Part shown: positions 1-10,248 of the stretch, in pieces | How positions within the stretch are numbered: position 1 is the stretch's first letter | Layout: the number at the start of each line of letters is the position of its first letter | Source of the DNA: an uncultured Chlamydiae bacterium | GTDB taxonomy: Bacteria; Chlamydiota; Chlamydiia; Chlamydiales; Parachlamydiaceae | Assembly: GCA_963754655.1 (NCBI GenBank) | Contig: CAVWGN010000001.1 | Span: forward strand, 992,001 to 1,056,000 | Direction of reading: 5' to 3' | Length of the DNA stretch: 64,000 nucleotides | The notes under the pieces: generated by a model | Told to the model about the DNA's origin: nothing | Database searches by the model: none | What the model saw: the letters and a program-made list of their open reading frames with translations, nothing else | Position numbers and translations under genes: made by a program

Positions 1-1
1 A

Positions 2-745
2 AATGAACCGCATCCCGAATTATTATCTAGAATTGGGGATTATAGGGAGGTTGATTTTCAAAATTGGTATCAATCTATTAGTGGTTCATTAGCAGATCTT
101 AATCTCTTTTATCAAAAAATAGTAAAATCCATTCGAGAAGTTGATCAAGATACTCCTATTATTCAAGATACTCCTATTATTATAGATACTGGAATGTATT
201 CAACTCCTTGGGCCATCGATTATCTACACCCTGTTAATGATAAGAGGATTCTCTATTCTTTTCATATGTACGAACCGTATATTTATACAAATCGAAAAAT
301 TAATAATGGACGCTATGCTTATCCTGGCATTCTTCCCTTGAAACTTGAAGACGCAGAAAGCGACAATCAGTCAGAAGTAATCACTATTAATTGGGATAAA
401 ACTGCTTTAAATGATTTCCTACAACCGATTTCCAAATGGCAAAAACAACACTGCATTCCTTCTTCTCAAATTTTGGTAGGAGAATTTGGCTGTGATCGAA
501 CTGTTAACGGTGCTGAAGCCTATTTGACTCATCTTATTGAAATTTTCAACGCAAATAATTGGCATTGGGCCTTTTATTCATTCAGAGAGGATTGTTGGGA
601 TAGTATGGATTATGAATTAGGCTCTGGGAAACTGAGTTGGAAGTATTGGGAAGCAAGTGAGAATGGAAAAAGCTTAGATGAATTTAGAACAGATAATTCT
701 TTATTTGATGTGATTAAAATTCATTTAAAGCGTAAGTTTCTTTAA
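2..745 (+). CDS. Glycoside hydrolase family 5 (cellulase family), 5'-truncated by window edge
   Basis: The frame of the listed ORF 194..745 is open from base 2 and reads NEPHPE (acid/base motif); SFHMYEP, VGEFG (nucleophile) and HWAFYSF motifs follow. Confidence 0.85.
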   Translation, partial: NEPHPELLSRIGDYREVDFQNWYQSISGSLADLNLFYQKIVKSIREVDQDTPIIQDTPIIIDTGMYSTPWAIDYLHPVNDKRILYSFHMYEPYIYTNRKINNGRYAYPGILPLKLEDAESDNQSEVITINWDKTALNDFLQPISKWQKQHCIPSSQILVGEFGCDRTVNGAEAYLTHLIEIFNANNWHWAFYSFREDCWDSMDYELGSGKLSWKYWEASENGKSLDEFRTDNSLFDVIKIHLKRKFL

Positions 746-797
746 TTGACTACATTTATTTGGCAAAATTTTATACTTCGTCACTTACTCGAATTTT

Positions 798-1553
798 TTA
801 TATTTCAGACAACTTAAAATATATTTTTTCATCATCAGATGAGACAATCATATTAAACTTTTTTCCGTAAAAAGGATTAACGCCAACCTTAGTAGACGCC
901 TCAACAATGCATTCGGTAACCATCGAATGGATGATATTGTCTAATTCTAAATTGATTAGGGTGGTAGGAGTAAACCATGATACGACAAGCCCATTGTCAA
1001 CCGATAAATAATTCGAGATATCTGTATATATGCCATCTGCATTTTGCATGCATAAAAACGAAGCAGAACATGTCCCTACTTTTTCATCTTGTTTGTTGTA
1101 AATTGATGCTCTTCCTGCTAAATATTTAGAGGATATGGTCGAACTGTCAGCTGAAAGATTAGATGTTGGTATTTCAATAAAACTATTTATAAAATCTTCT
1201 GTATATAAATAATATGATAACTTTTTATGTTTTTGGCGTAGTTTTACCCGGGATTTATCGTTTTCTTTTATGATGTTCAGATTGATCGCTCCATTCTCTA
1301 TTACTTCAGTACTTGTATTTATGCTACCACCAGATGGAAGACAATGATCACTATATATACACAATGGTGCACAGATGGGCAAAAAGAGAAAACACACACT
1401 TCTATACGCATTTTGTAAATTCAACATCACTTTCTCCTTAAATTTTGAATAAGCCTCTATCCCATCATATGCTGAAATTTGAACGGACTCGATACTAAAA
1501 CCTCTATAATTAAATTTTGCATTTATTTTCAATATTTTATTTTCTGAGGTCAA
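798..1553 (-). CDS. Hypothetical protein (true start probably internal)
   Basis: 251-codon ORF filling the gap between genes; no family recognised. Confidence 0.5.
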   Translation of the reverse strand: MTSENKILKINAKFNYRGFSIESVQISAYDGIEAYSKFKEKVMLNLQNAYRSVCFLFLPICAPLCIYSDHCLPSGGSINTSTEVIENGAINLNIIKENDKSRVKLRQKHKKLSYYLYTEDFINSFIEIPTSNLSADSSTISSKYLAGRASIYNKQDEKVGTCSASFLCMQNADGIYTDISNYLSVDNGLVVSWFTPTTLINLELDNIIHSMVTECIVEASTKVGVNPFYGKKFNMIVSSDDEKIYFKLSEI

Positions 1554-1832
1554 TAAAAGAAATTAGAAAAAGATATTCAAAAGCTAAAATCTGGCTAAGC
1601 GACGCCTTCAGTCGCCGCGCCGCTTAACCTAAAATCCTCTCTTGTAATGGAGTACTCAAAAAAGGATGGGTAGGGAAATCAGAAAAAGGGCAATGTCCTC
1701 CCTAAAGTAATGGCTAATCAATGAATCAAGAATGATTGAAACAAATTTTATAAAATATAGAAAATGAAGATAGGATAAATAAACTCCTATTCGACAGAAC
1801 ATGAATTTACAAGAGAAAATCTAGCAATTGAT

Positions 1833-2849
1833 ATGATGATGAATTTTCGGACACCTTCAAAATTAGACCACCTTAAAAATTGTTTAGCAGCGATTCCCCA
1901 AGCTTGTTATCCCATGCATTCTCGGGTGCATTCTTTGCGTTCTTTTTCTTTTCCATCTGTTCAATGTTATGTGAAGAGAGATGATGAATTGGGATTTGGG
2001 ATTTCAGGATCCAAAATCCGCAAATATCGATCGTTGATCCCCTTTCTTTCAACTAATAAAATCCAAGAAGTCATTATCATTGGAAGTGCTTATTCTAATC
2101 ACGTCTTAAGCTTAATTCAATTATTGATTGAAAATGGATTTCTTCCGACATTATTTTTAAGAGGTGATCCAAATCGACCTCTGAAAGGCAATTCTCTTCT
2201 CATTTCTCTCTTTATTTCTCCTTCCTCCATCCATTGGTTTTCAAAATCTGAATGGAAAAATGTGGAATTGGAAGCAGATGCCTATGCCCGGAAAAAACAA
2301 CATGCCACATTTGTTCTACCTGAAGGAGGATTTTGCTCAGAAGCTTTGCCTGGCGCTTTAACTATAGTCCTAGATTTGCTAGCAAACGAGCAGGAAAAAA
2401 AATGCACATTTGATCATATCTTCATAGAAGCAGGAACTGGCTTTACAGCAAGTGCATTGATGTTGGGCCTTCATTGGATCGAGCATCCTGCTTGTGTTCA
2501 TGTTATTCTACTTGCAGAAGATGAGCAGGCTTTTCTTGCAAGCTTAAAACTTTGCCATGAGATGTTTATTCAATTGATGGGATGTCCATTTTCTTTTCCT
2601 GAAAATTTTGTTCTTCATTATCCGCAAAAGGTAAAAGGTTTTGGTAAAATCAATTCCTTACTATTTAAAAGCATTGCTCATCTTGCCCGCCAAGAAGGCT
2701 TTTTAACAGATCCTATCTACTCTGCCAAGCTGTTTATTACAAGCAAGGAACTCTTGAGGCAAGAAAACATAAAAGGAAATGTGCTTATTCATCATTCTGG
2801 CGGTTCTTTAACTCTCATGGGATTTCAAGATGAACTGCAACACCTTTAG
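1833..2849 (+). CDS. PLP-dependent D-cysteine desulfhydrase / ACC deaminase family
   Basis: VKRDD, SGSKIRK (PLP lysine), SNH, GTGFT, DPIYSAK, HSGG motifs. Confidence 0.85.
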   Translation: MMMNFRTPSKLDHLKNCLAAIPQACYPMHSRVHSLRSFSFPSVQCYVKRDDELGFGISGSKIRKYRSLIPFLSTNKIQEVIIIGSAYSNHVLSLIQLLIENGFLPTLFLRGDPNRPLKGNSLLISLFISPSSIHWFSKSEWKNVELEADAYARKKQHATFVLPEGGFCSEALPGALTIVLDLLANEQEKKCTFDHIFIEAGTGFTASALMLGLHWIEHPACVHVILLAEDEQAFLASLKLCHEMFIQLMGCPFSFPENFVLHYPQKVKGFGKINSLLFKSIAHLARQEGFLTDPIYSAKLFITSKELLRQENIKGNVLIHHSGGSLTLMGFQDELQHL

Positions 2850-3042
2850 AAGCAAGCATGACCCATTTTTTTGGCTTATAGCGAAAAAAAATCAACAAAT
2901 AATCAATTCCTGAAATGAAAAATAAAGGTAGAAACTTTACGAATAGATCTAAGCCTCCTCTTGCAAAATTACCAGTGAAACTCCAAAGGTTAGGGGCCAA
3001 ATTTGCTGCAAGCAAATTGTCAGATGAGCTGCGCTGCTGATG

Positions 3043-4581
3043 TTATTGAGTATAGGTGCTTTGCTTATGCTTTTTTCGTAATATTTTTTGAGCGGTACGT
3101 TCCATTTGAAGACTTAAATTTACAAATTGAAGAACATGGTCATTTTGCTGAACAGCAGCCAAGACAATTTCTCGATCTTTTTTAAGAATTGCATCTGCAA
3201 ATATAAGCGCTGTGCCTCTTTGCTTAACGGCAGCCAGGACAATCTCTCGATCTTTTTTAAAGCTTTCATCTGCAAATATAAGAGCCGTACCTCTTTGCTG
3301 AACAGCAGCTAAAACAATCTCTCGATCTTTTTTAAGATTTTTATCTGTAAATATAAGAGCCGTTCCTCTTTGCTGAACGGCAGTCAGGACAATTTCTCGA
3401 TCTTTTTTAAGGCTTTCATCTGCATATTGAAGAGCTCCGCCATCTTGCTTAATGGCAGTCAAGACAATTTCCCGATATTTTTTAAGACTTCCATCTGCAA
3501 ATTGAAGAGCCCGGCCCTGTTGCTGAACTGCAGTCAAGACAATCTCTCGATCTTTTTTAAGGCTTTCATCTGCAAATTCAAGAACCAACCCATATTGCTT
3601 AACAGCAGTCAAGACAATCTCTCGATTTTTTTTAAGGCTTTCATCCGCACATTCAAGAACTAACGCATGTTGCTTAACAGCAGCCAGGACAATCTCTCGA
3701 TCTTTTTTAAGGCTTTCATCTGCAAAGTAAAGAGCCTTGCCATTTTGCTTAACTGCAGCTAAGACTATCTCTCGATCTTTTTTAAGGCTTTTATCTGCAA
3801 ACTGAAGAGACCTACCATCTTGCTGAACGGCAATCGAAATAATCTCTCGATCTTTCTTAAGACTGTCATGTATATAAAAAACAAAATCTCCAAAACAGCG
3901 AGCAACTTGAATAAAAATTTTATTATCATTAAAATCGGAAAAATTTTTTTTAAGTGTGGAAATGACAGATATTCTTGCCTGTTCCCATGCTTGACATCGA
4001 TTGCCATGGTAAAGTTTTTCGATAGAGTCATTTTTGATAATGGTTAATATTTGGTCGTCAGTGCCTGATGTAAGAGAATTTAAAATAAATAATTGCTCTT
4101 TAGCCACATCTTGGATGTTTTTATTGGCGCTGTCTTTGCAAACTTCGGGATCCCATAAAAAGTGATCTAGAAGAGAAAGAAATAAACTTTTTGAGTGGAA
4201 TAATTTTGAATCAACCATTAACAATTTTTCAAATTTTTTTCCACGGCGGCCTTGAAATCGATCGATCAATTGAAATTCCTGAGGTGTAAAACGCTTCTTT
4301 TGCTCAATTGTGAGACACTCTTGGGGGAACTTAATAGTGGATGGATGACTATTCTCAAGTTGAAAAAAAGTCTGCACTAATGAAATGCAAGGATTCTTCT
4401 CTAGAACGAGTTTCCATTTTTTACAGGTGAGTAGAAGAGAAGAAATGTCACGCAAAGGTTGACTTTGATTGACAATCTGATCAAAAACAATTCCTAAGAT
4501 CTCATTGGGAATTAATGCGTCTAAGAAAACTTCATCTGAATCGCTTTGCTTTTTTTGTGAATTAAGAAGGGTAATTTGCAT
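3043..4581 (-). CDS. F-box-like N-terminus plus 10 DUF4116-type 25-aa repeats; divergent solo paralogue of the 40-55 kb array
   Basis: IPNEILGIVFD...LLTCKKWK F-box-like pattern; LKKDREIVLAAVKQxGxALxFADES repeats. Confidence 0.85.
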   Translation of the reverse strand: MQITLLNSQKKQSDSDEVFLDALIPNEILGIVFDQIVNQSQPLRDISSLLLTCKKWKLVLEKNPCISLVQTFFQLENSHPSTIKFPQECLTIEQKKRFTPQEFQLIDRFQGRRGKKFEKLLMVDSKLFHSKSLFLSLLDHFLWDPEVCKDSANKNIQDVAKEQLFILNSLTSGTDDQILTIIKNDSIEKLYHGNRCQAWEQARISVISTLKKNFSDFNDNKIFIQVARCFGDFVFYIHDSLKKDREIISIAVQQDGRSLQFADKSLKKDREIVLAAVKQNGKALYFADESLKKDREIVLAAVKQHALVLECADESLKKNREIVLTAVKQYGLVLEFADESLKKDREIVLTAVQQQGRALQFADGSLKKYREIVLTAIKQDGGALQYADESLKKDREIVLTAVQQRGTALIFTDKNLKKDREIVLAAVQQRGTALIFADESFKKDREIVLAAVKQRGTALIFADAILKKDREIVLAAVQQNDHVLQFVNLSLQMERTAQKILRKKHKQSTYTQ

Positions 4582-4908
4582 ATAATTACTCTCTAAGTAA
4601 ATAGATTAGTCTACTTGTATTAAACCTATAATTTTAATTTTATTATTTTACAAGGCATTAAAGTTAATTTATTTTTCATTTGACTGATTTGGCGAGAATA
4701 TTTTGAAAAATATTTAAAGTTATTATTCATTCTATTATTCATAAAATGAATAGTAGCCTATAGGACTCATTCGTAATTGAAAGAAAATCAAGCTGATATT
4801 AAGTCGAAACTTTCTTCACCGAAAATCAAACCTAAGAAAAAGGCTTCCACTATGCCATCATGACTATCATCGACGTAAGCACTATCTGCGAATGCAACTA
4901 ACATAGAT

Positions 4909-5787
4909 TTATGAAAGACTAAAATGAATGAGATTCACCATTGGAGTTAAAGAGAGATCTTTTAATTTTATAAATTGGCAATTTTTAAACTTTTGAGTGA
5001 CGTTTTTGTAAATATCAGGACTATGTGTCTCTACAATCCAGTAAGGAACAGCTCGGATGAGAGAATGATCGACTTCGCAAAGATGTTTTTCTCCTCCTTC
5101 ACAATCCATTTTAACCACGTCTACAGCATGAGAGGCTAGAAGAGTAGTTAAAGCAATTCCATGGCATCTTACACTATGCTTTCCCTCTATCATTCCAAAA
5201 CCAGGAGAACCTATAGGGGTAAGAGAAGTCAATGTGAGCAGCCCATCTTTTTCTGCTATTGCTTTTTGATGAAGATCTATCTTATCCCAGCAAAGTCGTA
5301 AATTATAATGAAGTGCTTTTATATTCTCTAAAAGGGGTTCATATATCACTACTTTTTTAGCTCCTTTTTCTAAGAAATACAAAGCAGTATCCCCAACAAA
5401 TCCTCCGATATCTAAAACTATTTTTCCTTGCCAGTCATAGTCATAGTAAGAGTAAAATTCTCCTTTTAAATATTCTTCTTTTAAACCTTCAAATTGAATC
5501 AAATTTGCATGAATCTGCCGATGGTTAACTTCCCACAAATAGATGCCGTTTTCCATATGTTTTTTGCGATGTTTGAATGAATCCAAATAAAAGTTAATTT
5601 CGTGTATTCCTCCATTTTTGAATTCTGCAGCACAAGGTCTTTTATCTAGGCGTGCGGCCAAGGCAGATAAGAAGTAGGGTCGATTAACTTGCCTGGCAAG
5701 CCTCATCATTTCTCTGAGGCTTCCATATTTAATAAATTTTACTACATAAGGGATTATCTTTTTCCAACGTTGAGCCATATCTTGCAT
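4909..5787 (-). CDS. FkbM family methyltransferase
   Basis: VLDIGGFVGD, YEP and VKMDCEGGE motifs. Confidence 0.85.
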   Translation of the reverse strand: MQDMAQRWKKIIPYVVKFIKYGSLREMMRLARQVNRPYFLSALAARLDKRPCAAEFKNGGIHEINFYLDSFKHRKKHMENGIYLWEVNHRQIHANLIQFEGLKEEYLKGEFYSYYDYDWQGKIVLDIGGFVGDTALYFLEKGAKKVVIYEPLLENIKALHYNLRLCWDKIDLHQKAIAEKDGLLTLTSLTPIGSPGFGMIEGKHSVRCHGIALTTLLASHAVDVVKMDCEGGEKHLCEVDHSLIRAVPYWIVETHSPDIYKNVTQKFKNCQFIKLKDLSLTPMVNLIHFSLS

Positions 5788-6172
5788 CTTCCCTAATCTA
5801 TATTTCTTCTAGTTGAATCCTGGAAAATTGTAGCTAGCGTAAAAAATTTCTCTAGTCATTCTTTTCACTTAACGCTAGGGATTTTAAAACCATCCTAATA
5901 AGCAAAAACTAATGTCACGGAGTACTACCGATGGCATTAATCATGAGACGTCATTCTCATCTACTATTCAGTTTCCAGCAAGCATATTATTACATTCATT
6001 ACATAATCGAGTCATTTAAGATAAACATGCCCAAAATGAAATGACTTTAAAACTACTGAAGTTTATGAAGGAAAATAGAGGAATCATTCAAAAATTTAGA
6101 TCGAGTGCAAGAGCTTGGTCATAAGATGATAGAAAAGTCAAACAATCCTTCTATGTTAAAGGACATAAATTT

Positions 6173-7384
6173 ATGAACTTTTTTGCAACTATTCTAAGTG
6201 TCCTTATGATGATTCCGTTATTTGCAGGAATACAAGAAGGGCATGAGACAAATCCCCAACCTAAACAAATTAGCGTAGAGAATGACTTACGGCCTAAAAT
6301 TTTCATTGCAAGCGATCAGAATCATAAGGCAAATATCCTGAAACGAATGAAGGATGACAAAGTACCCGGTGTTAGTTTAGCTATTATAAATAATGGACAA
6401 GTGGAATGGGCTCATGGATATGGAAATATCACAAATGATCAAAAAAGCGCTGCTATTGACGAACACACTTTGTTTCAAGCTGGCTCCATTAGTAAACCTA
6501 TTACTGCTTTTGGAGCCCTTATACTTGTTCAACAAGGTAAGGTTTCCTTGGATGATCATGTTAATTTGTATTTAAAAAGATGGAAAGTTTCTGAAAATGA
6601 GTTCACAAAAACGGAAAAAGTGACTCTTAGGCGTCTACTTTCACACACTGCAGGAACTAATGTCCATGGCTTCCCTGGCTATCCTGTGCAAGCTTCCATT
6701 CCGAAAATTGTTGAGATACTCGAAGGAAAAAAGCCTCTTGTCAATACCGATCCTGTCAGGGTAATTTCTAAACCTGGAACAGTGATGAAATATTCCGGGG
6801 GCGGAACAACAATTGTTCAACTGCTGATTGAAGATATTACAGGAGAAGATTTTGATGTTTGGATGCAAAACAATGTACTTAAACCATTAGGAATGTCTGA
6901 AAGCACCTTTACACAGCCACTGCCGCCATCTGATGTCCTTCATGCCGCCTATGGACATCATCATGGCACTGTTGTAAAGGGTAAATGGCATATTTACCCC
7001 GAGATGGCTGCTGCTGGATTATGGACTACTCCTAAAGATCTTGCTCAATTTATTGTATACATTCAAGCAGCTTTAAAAGGCGAAAGAATAAAACCTCTTC
7101 ATCCTGATTATGTTAAAGCAATGATCACTCGTCAAAAAATTGCCAACCAAGAGATTGATATGGGTTTGGGGCTCTTTCTTAAAAATCAAGGGGAAGATCT
7201 AGAATTTAGTCATGACGGGCAAGATGAAGGGTTTATCGCAAGTCTTTTGGGATATGCATTTCGCGGGCAGGGAATTGTGATTATGATGAACGACGATTCA
7301 GACTGGGCGTTGATGAAGGAAATCACCAATAGCGTGGCAAATACTTATCACTGGCAACATTATGAACCAATGATAAAAAAATAG
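6173..7384 (+). CDS. Serine hydrolase, beta-lactamase class C/AmpC-like, with signal peptide
   Basis: GSISK (SxxK), LLSHTAG, YSGGG, HDG; hydrophobic N-terminus. Confidence 0.9.
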   Translation: MNFFATILSVLMMIPLFAGIQEGHETNPQPKQISVENDLRPKIFIASDQNHKANILKRMKDDKVPGVSLAIINNGQVEWAHGYGNITNDQKSAAIDEHTLFQAGSISKPITAFGALILVQQGKVSLDDHVNLYLKRWKVSENEFTKTEKVTLRRLLSHTAGTNVHGFPGYPVQASIPKIVEILEGKKPLVNTDPVRVISKPGTVMKYSGGGTTIVQLLIEDITGEDFDVWMQNNVLKPLGMSESTFTQPLPPSDVLHAAYGHHHGTVVKGKWHIYPEMAAAGLWTTPKDLAQFIVYIQAALKGERIKPLHPDYVKAMITRQKIANQEIDMGLGLFLKNQGEDLEFSHDGQDEGFIASLLGYAFRGQGIVIMMNDDSDWALMKEITNSVANTYHWQHYEPMIKK

Positions 7385-7399
7385 AGTAGACGGACGTTT

Positions 7400-8089
7400 T
7401 TATGGATCGTAGTCGTGTTTAATGCATACAATTAAAATGAACAGAATAAGAATAGGTAATAGCAATGCCCATACATCAAAGTGGGGAGTGAGAATGCCTG
7501 ATGATAATGCTCCAATTAAGAAGGAGCTCCAAACCCTAGCCAGCATGGCTGCACGACGCCAATGGCTATCCCAGGATCCTTGGGCCATTAAAAGAGGAGT
7601 CTGCTTAATTCCCCATGCGATATGACTTGCTATTCGACTTAATGTGCCTGTCACAAATGTCAGACTCACTAATTGAGTTCCAACTTGATTGATCGCAGTA
7701 TTCATGATGCCCATTGCAAAACAGAGTATGGCAATATGGATAAAAGGATTTATCTCTCCAAGTTGGGTCATGACAATAATCAAGCTGAGTAGAGATGCTA
7801 TGATTCCGAATATTTTTCTTCGCGATTGATATTGATCAGATGATGAAATCAGGGTCCCTACAGCGACTCCAATAACAAATAAGAGAATGGCTGTAAGGAA
7901 AGGCATGGCATCTGCAAATTTTCCTTCCCCCATCTTATAACCGCTCTGAGTGGTATTGCCACTCATGAATGAGAGATAGGTTGCATAGGTCATATAGCCG
8001 TAGGCATCCACATAGCCGGCAATGAAGGTCAAAGTAATAGCTAGCCTTTCCTGTGCCTTTACAGAAGCTAATAGTGAAAAGTTCATCAT
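7400..8089 (-). CDS. YoaK/DUF1275 family membrane protein
   Basis: AGYVDA, FMSGNT, AMGIMN, TFVTGTL motifs. Confidence 0.85.
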   Translation of the reverse strand: MMNFSLLASVKAQERLAITLTFIAGYVDAYGYMTYATYLSFMSGNTTQSGYKMGEGKFADAMPFLTAILLFVIGVAVGTLISSSDQYQSRRKIFGIIASLLSLIIVMTQLGEINPFIHIAILCFAMGIMNTAINQVGTQLVSLTFVTGTLSRIASHIAWGIKQTPLLMAQGSWDSHWRRAAMLARVWSSFLIGALSSGILTPHFDVWALLLPILILFILIVCIKHDYDP

Positions 8090-8524
8090 GCAGTCAGCAT
8101 AAATAGATGTGCTTCAATATCATTATAATTTTTTTTATTATAAAATTTAGGACATTGAAAAATCAACATGATTAAATTTTTTTAGATTTTTGAATATCTA
8201 AATCTAGAAATTTAACTAAGTTCATATAATAAAGCACTTTCATTATATGGATAGGAAGTGCCGGAACATATTTTAGAGGGTCACAATTTCTGAGAACAAA
8301 GTTAGGTCTATAACATTCAATTGAAATAGGCATGCGGCAATCTCGTTTAATCATAGAGATTGCCACATGTTTTTTAAGATAAAAAAGCTTCATCTTCCTG
8401 GTCATGAACGTTAATTGTCCAGAAATGATCTCAAAATTTGAGGTGCCTCTTTCTTCTAACCAATCGCCATAAATAAGCTGTCCGTTTGCATCTCCTGTAT
8501 CAAAGATTTCATGGTTGAGTCATC

Positions 8525-9760
8525 TTATTCTACGCTTTGCATTTGCATAGGCTGCGCTTGTGCGCTCTTGGTCTTTGTCACTATCCACAAGAAAATAAAC
8601 CCAGCACTGCCTATACAGAGTGAGACAGGAACCACCGAGACTCCATACACAAGAGCTTGAGAATCCGTTGCTCCCCCCATCGCATTAATGGTACTGCCAA
8701 TGGTTGTATGAAAGGCGTAGCCGAAGATCATGATGATCATATTAGCAACCGCCGTTGTCAGACCTGCTACTCTTTCTGGAACATAAGTTGACGCTTGATA
8801 AATCGCCAAGATTTGATAAGCACAGCATACTCCCACTAGTACAAAGCAAAAGCTGAGCCCTCCTGGAGTCAGGTGCCAGATAAGCATAGTAAAAAAGCAC
8901 GTTGCCATTACAATGCCAGCACCTATAATTGTCGTTAAATAACCACCAATTTTCTCGGCGGCTAAGCTCAATACAGGTGCCCCAAAGCACATGCCAATAA
9001 AAATCATTGATGGCAGGCTAGTGGCTAACGCTCCATCAAAACCATAGACCTGCTTTAAAAAAGCGCTACCCCAAACATCAGCAAATCCCTCCAAAGGCCC
9101 TACCATGAGCCCTGCAAAAATGCAGGACCAGATGACACGGCTATTGCTCAAGACTTCCTTAATGTCAGATAAAAGAGGGGCTTGCTGCTCACTTTTGATA
9201 TCAGGAACAATCCAATAGGTTGCAAAGGCTAATGCAATGCCTGCTACAGCAAAAAATTGAATGACTAATTGATAGCCAAAAATGTCTCGCATGTAACTCA
9301 CTGGCCCGCCTCCATAAATAGCTCCAATCAGACCAATTGTCACGGAAAAGCTCAACATTCGAGGAAAACGTTCCTCTTTGAATGCTATTCGAATAGTTTT
9401 AAAGACTCCTAGGATTGCAGCAGAAGAGCCCATTCCTATCAATAATCTTCCCACTATAGGATATACCCAGTAATCGGAAAAAATAAGAGGTAGCAATCCT
9501 ATAACAGTGAGAAGCGTACAAGCTGTCATGACTTTTCTTGGACCATGTCGATCTAGCAGGATGCCGATGGGTAAATGCATGAGGGAGTAGCCAATGTAAT
9601 AAACTCCAGAAAATTGGCCAAACGTTGCAGCGTCTATCTGAAATTGCTGCATAATGTTATCCAACATGATGTTGGGCATCACTCTTAAAATATACTGATA
9701 AGCATAAAATACAGATGCAATCATCCATACCGTCCATGCAATCACTCGTGAAGAAGACAT
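8525..9760 (-). CDS. MFS transporter resembling Pht-type amino-acid transporters of intracellular bacteria
   Basis: FYAYQYILRVMP N-terminus, GILLDRHGPRK MFS motif A, about 12 hydrophobic segments; start moved to ATG 9760. Confidence 0.85.
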   Translation of the reverse strand: MSSSRVIAWTVWMIASVFYAYQYILRVMPNIMLDNIMQQFQIDAATFGQFSGVYYIGYSLMHLPIGILLDRHGPRKVMTACTLLTVIGLLPLIFSDYWVYPIVGRLLIGMGSSAAILGVFKTIRIAFKEERFPRMLSFSVTIGLIGAIYGGGPVSYMRDIFGYQLVIQFFAVAGIALAFATYWIVPDIKSEQQAPLLSDIKEVLSNSRVIWSCIFAGLMVGPLEGFADVWGSAFLKQVYGFDGALATSLPSMIFIGMCFGAPVLSLAAEKIGGYLTTIIGAGIVMATCFFTMLIWHLTPGGLSFCFVLVGVCCAYQILAIYQASTYVPERVAGLTTAVANMIIMIFGYAFHTTIGSTINAMGGATDSQALVYGVSVVPVSLCIGSAGFIFLWIVTKTKSAQAQPMQMQSVE

Positions 9761-9907
9761 TGTTTCAATCATCCTTTTGATTTTTAGTAAAAATATGCAC
9801 TTAAAACTCGAATTTGTTTTTCCGCCCACTACCGATTGGGGCCATCATCAATGAAAACATTGGCATTCATTGAGCAAGAATAAAATTTGCTGCAAAAGAT
9901 TAAGAAA

Positions 9908-10033
9908 TTAGGCTAAAAGGCTAAGAAGGAAAAGAGAAAGAAAGGATAAAGAGAGAAGCGAGAAAAAAACAGGTTTGAAATTGGATAATGGCTTCGATTG
10001 CCAAGAAGCTTGGGTAAAACTCATAGGAAACAT
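9908..10033 (-). CDS. Candidate 41-aa leader peptide upstream of the MFS gene
   Basis: Strong SD (AAGAAGGAG) then MFPMSFTQASWQSKPLSNFKPVFFSLLSLSFLSLFLLSLLA-stop, translated by hand. Confidence 0.5.
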   Translation of the reverse strand: MFPMSFTQASWQSKPLSNFKPVFFSLLSLSFLSLFLLSLLA

Positions 10034-10248
10034 GGCTTAAACTCCTTCTTTTTAAATTACTAAAAATTATACTAGACAATTATAATTTTTGTCTAGCTTT
10101 TACTAAAAAATAGAAAATTTATAAGTTTATCTTTTATAATAAAATGCAAGCGATTGATTGGTCTTGGGAAAAAAATAAGAAACGTGTTAAGTCGTAAATT
10201 CGCCTTTAGAAATTAGAAAAAATGATCTGATCATGAGGGGAGTATGGA

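Noticed and set aside
1592..1632. Integron attC-like hairpin (similar motif near 42285, 45367, 47930, 55731)
   Set aside because: No complete RYYYAAC...GTTRRRY pairing and no integrase; may be an IS remnant
9761..9829. N-terminal extension of the MFS in the ORF track
   Set aside because: GTG start lacks an SD; family-like sequence begins near ATG 9760
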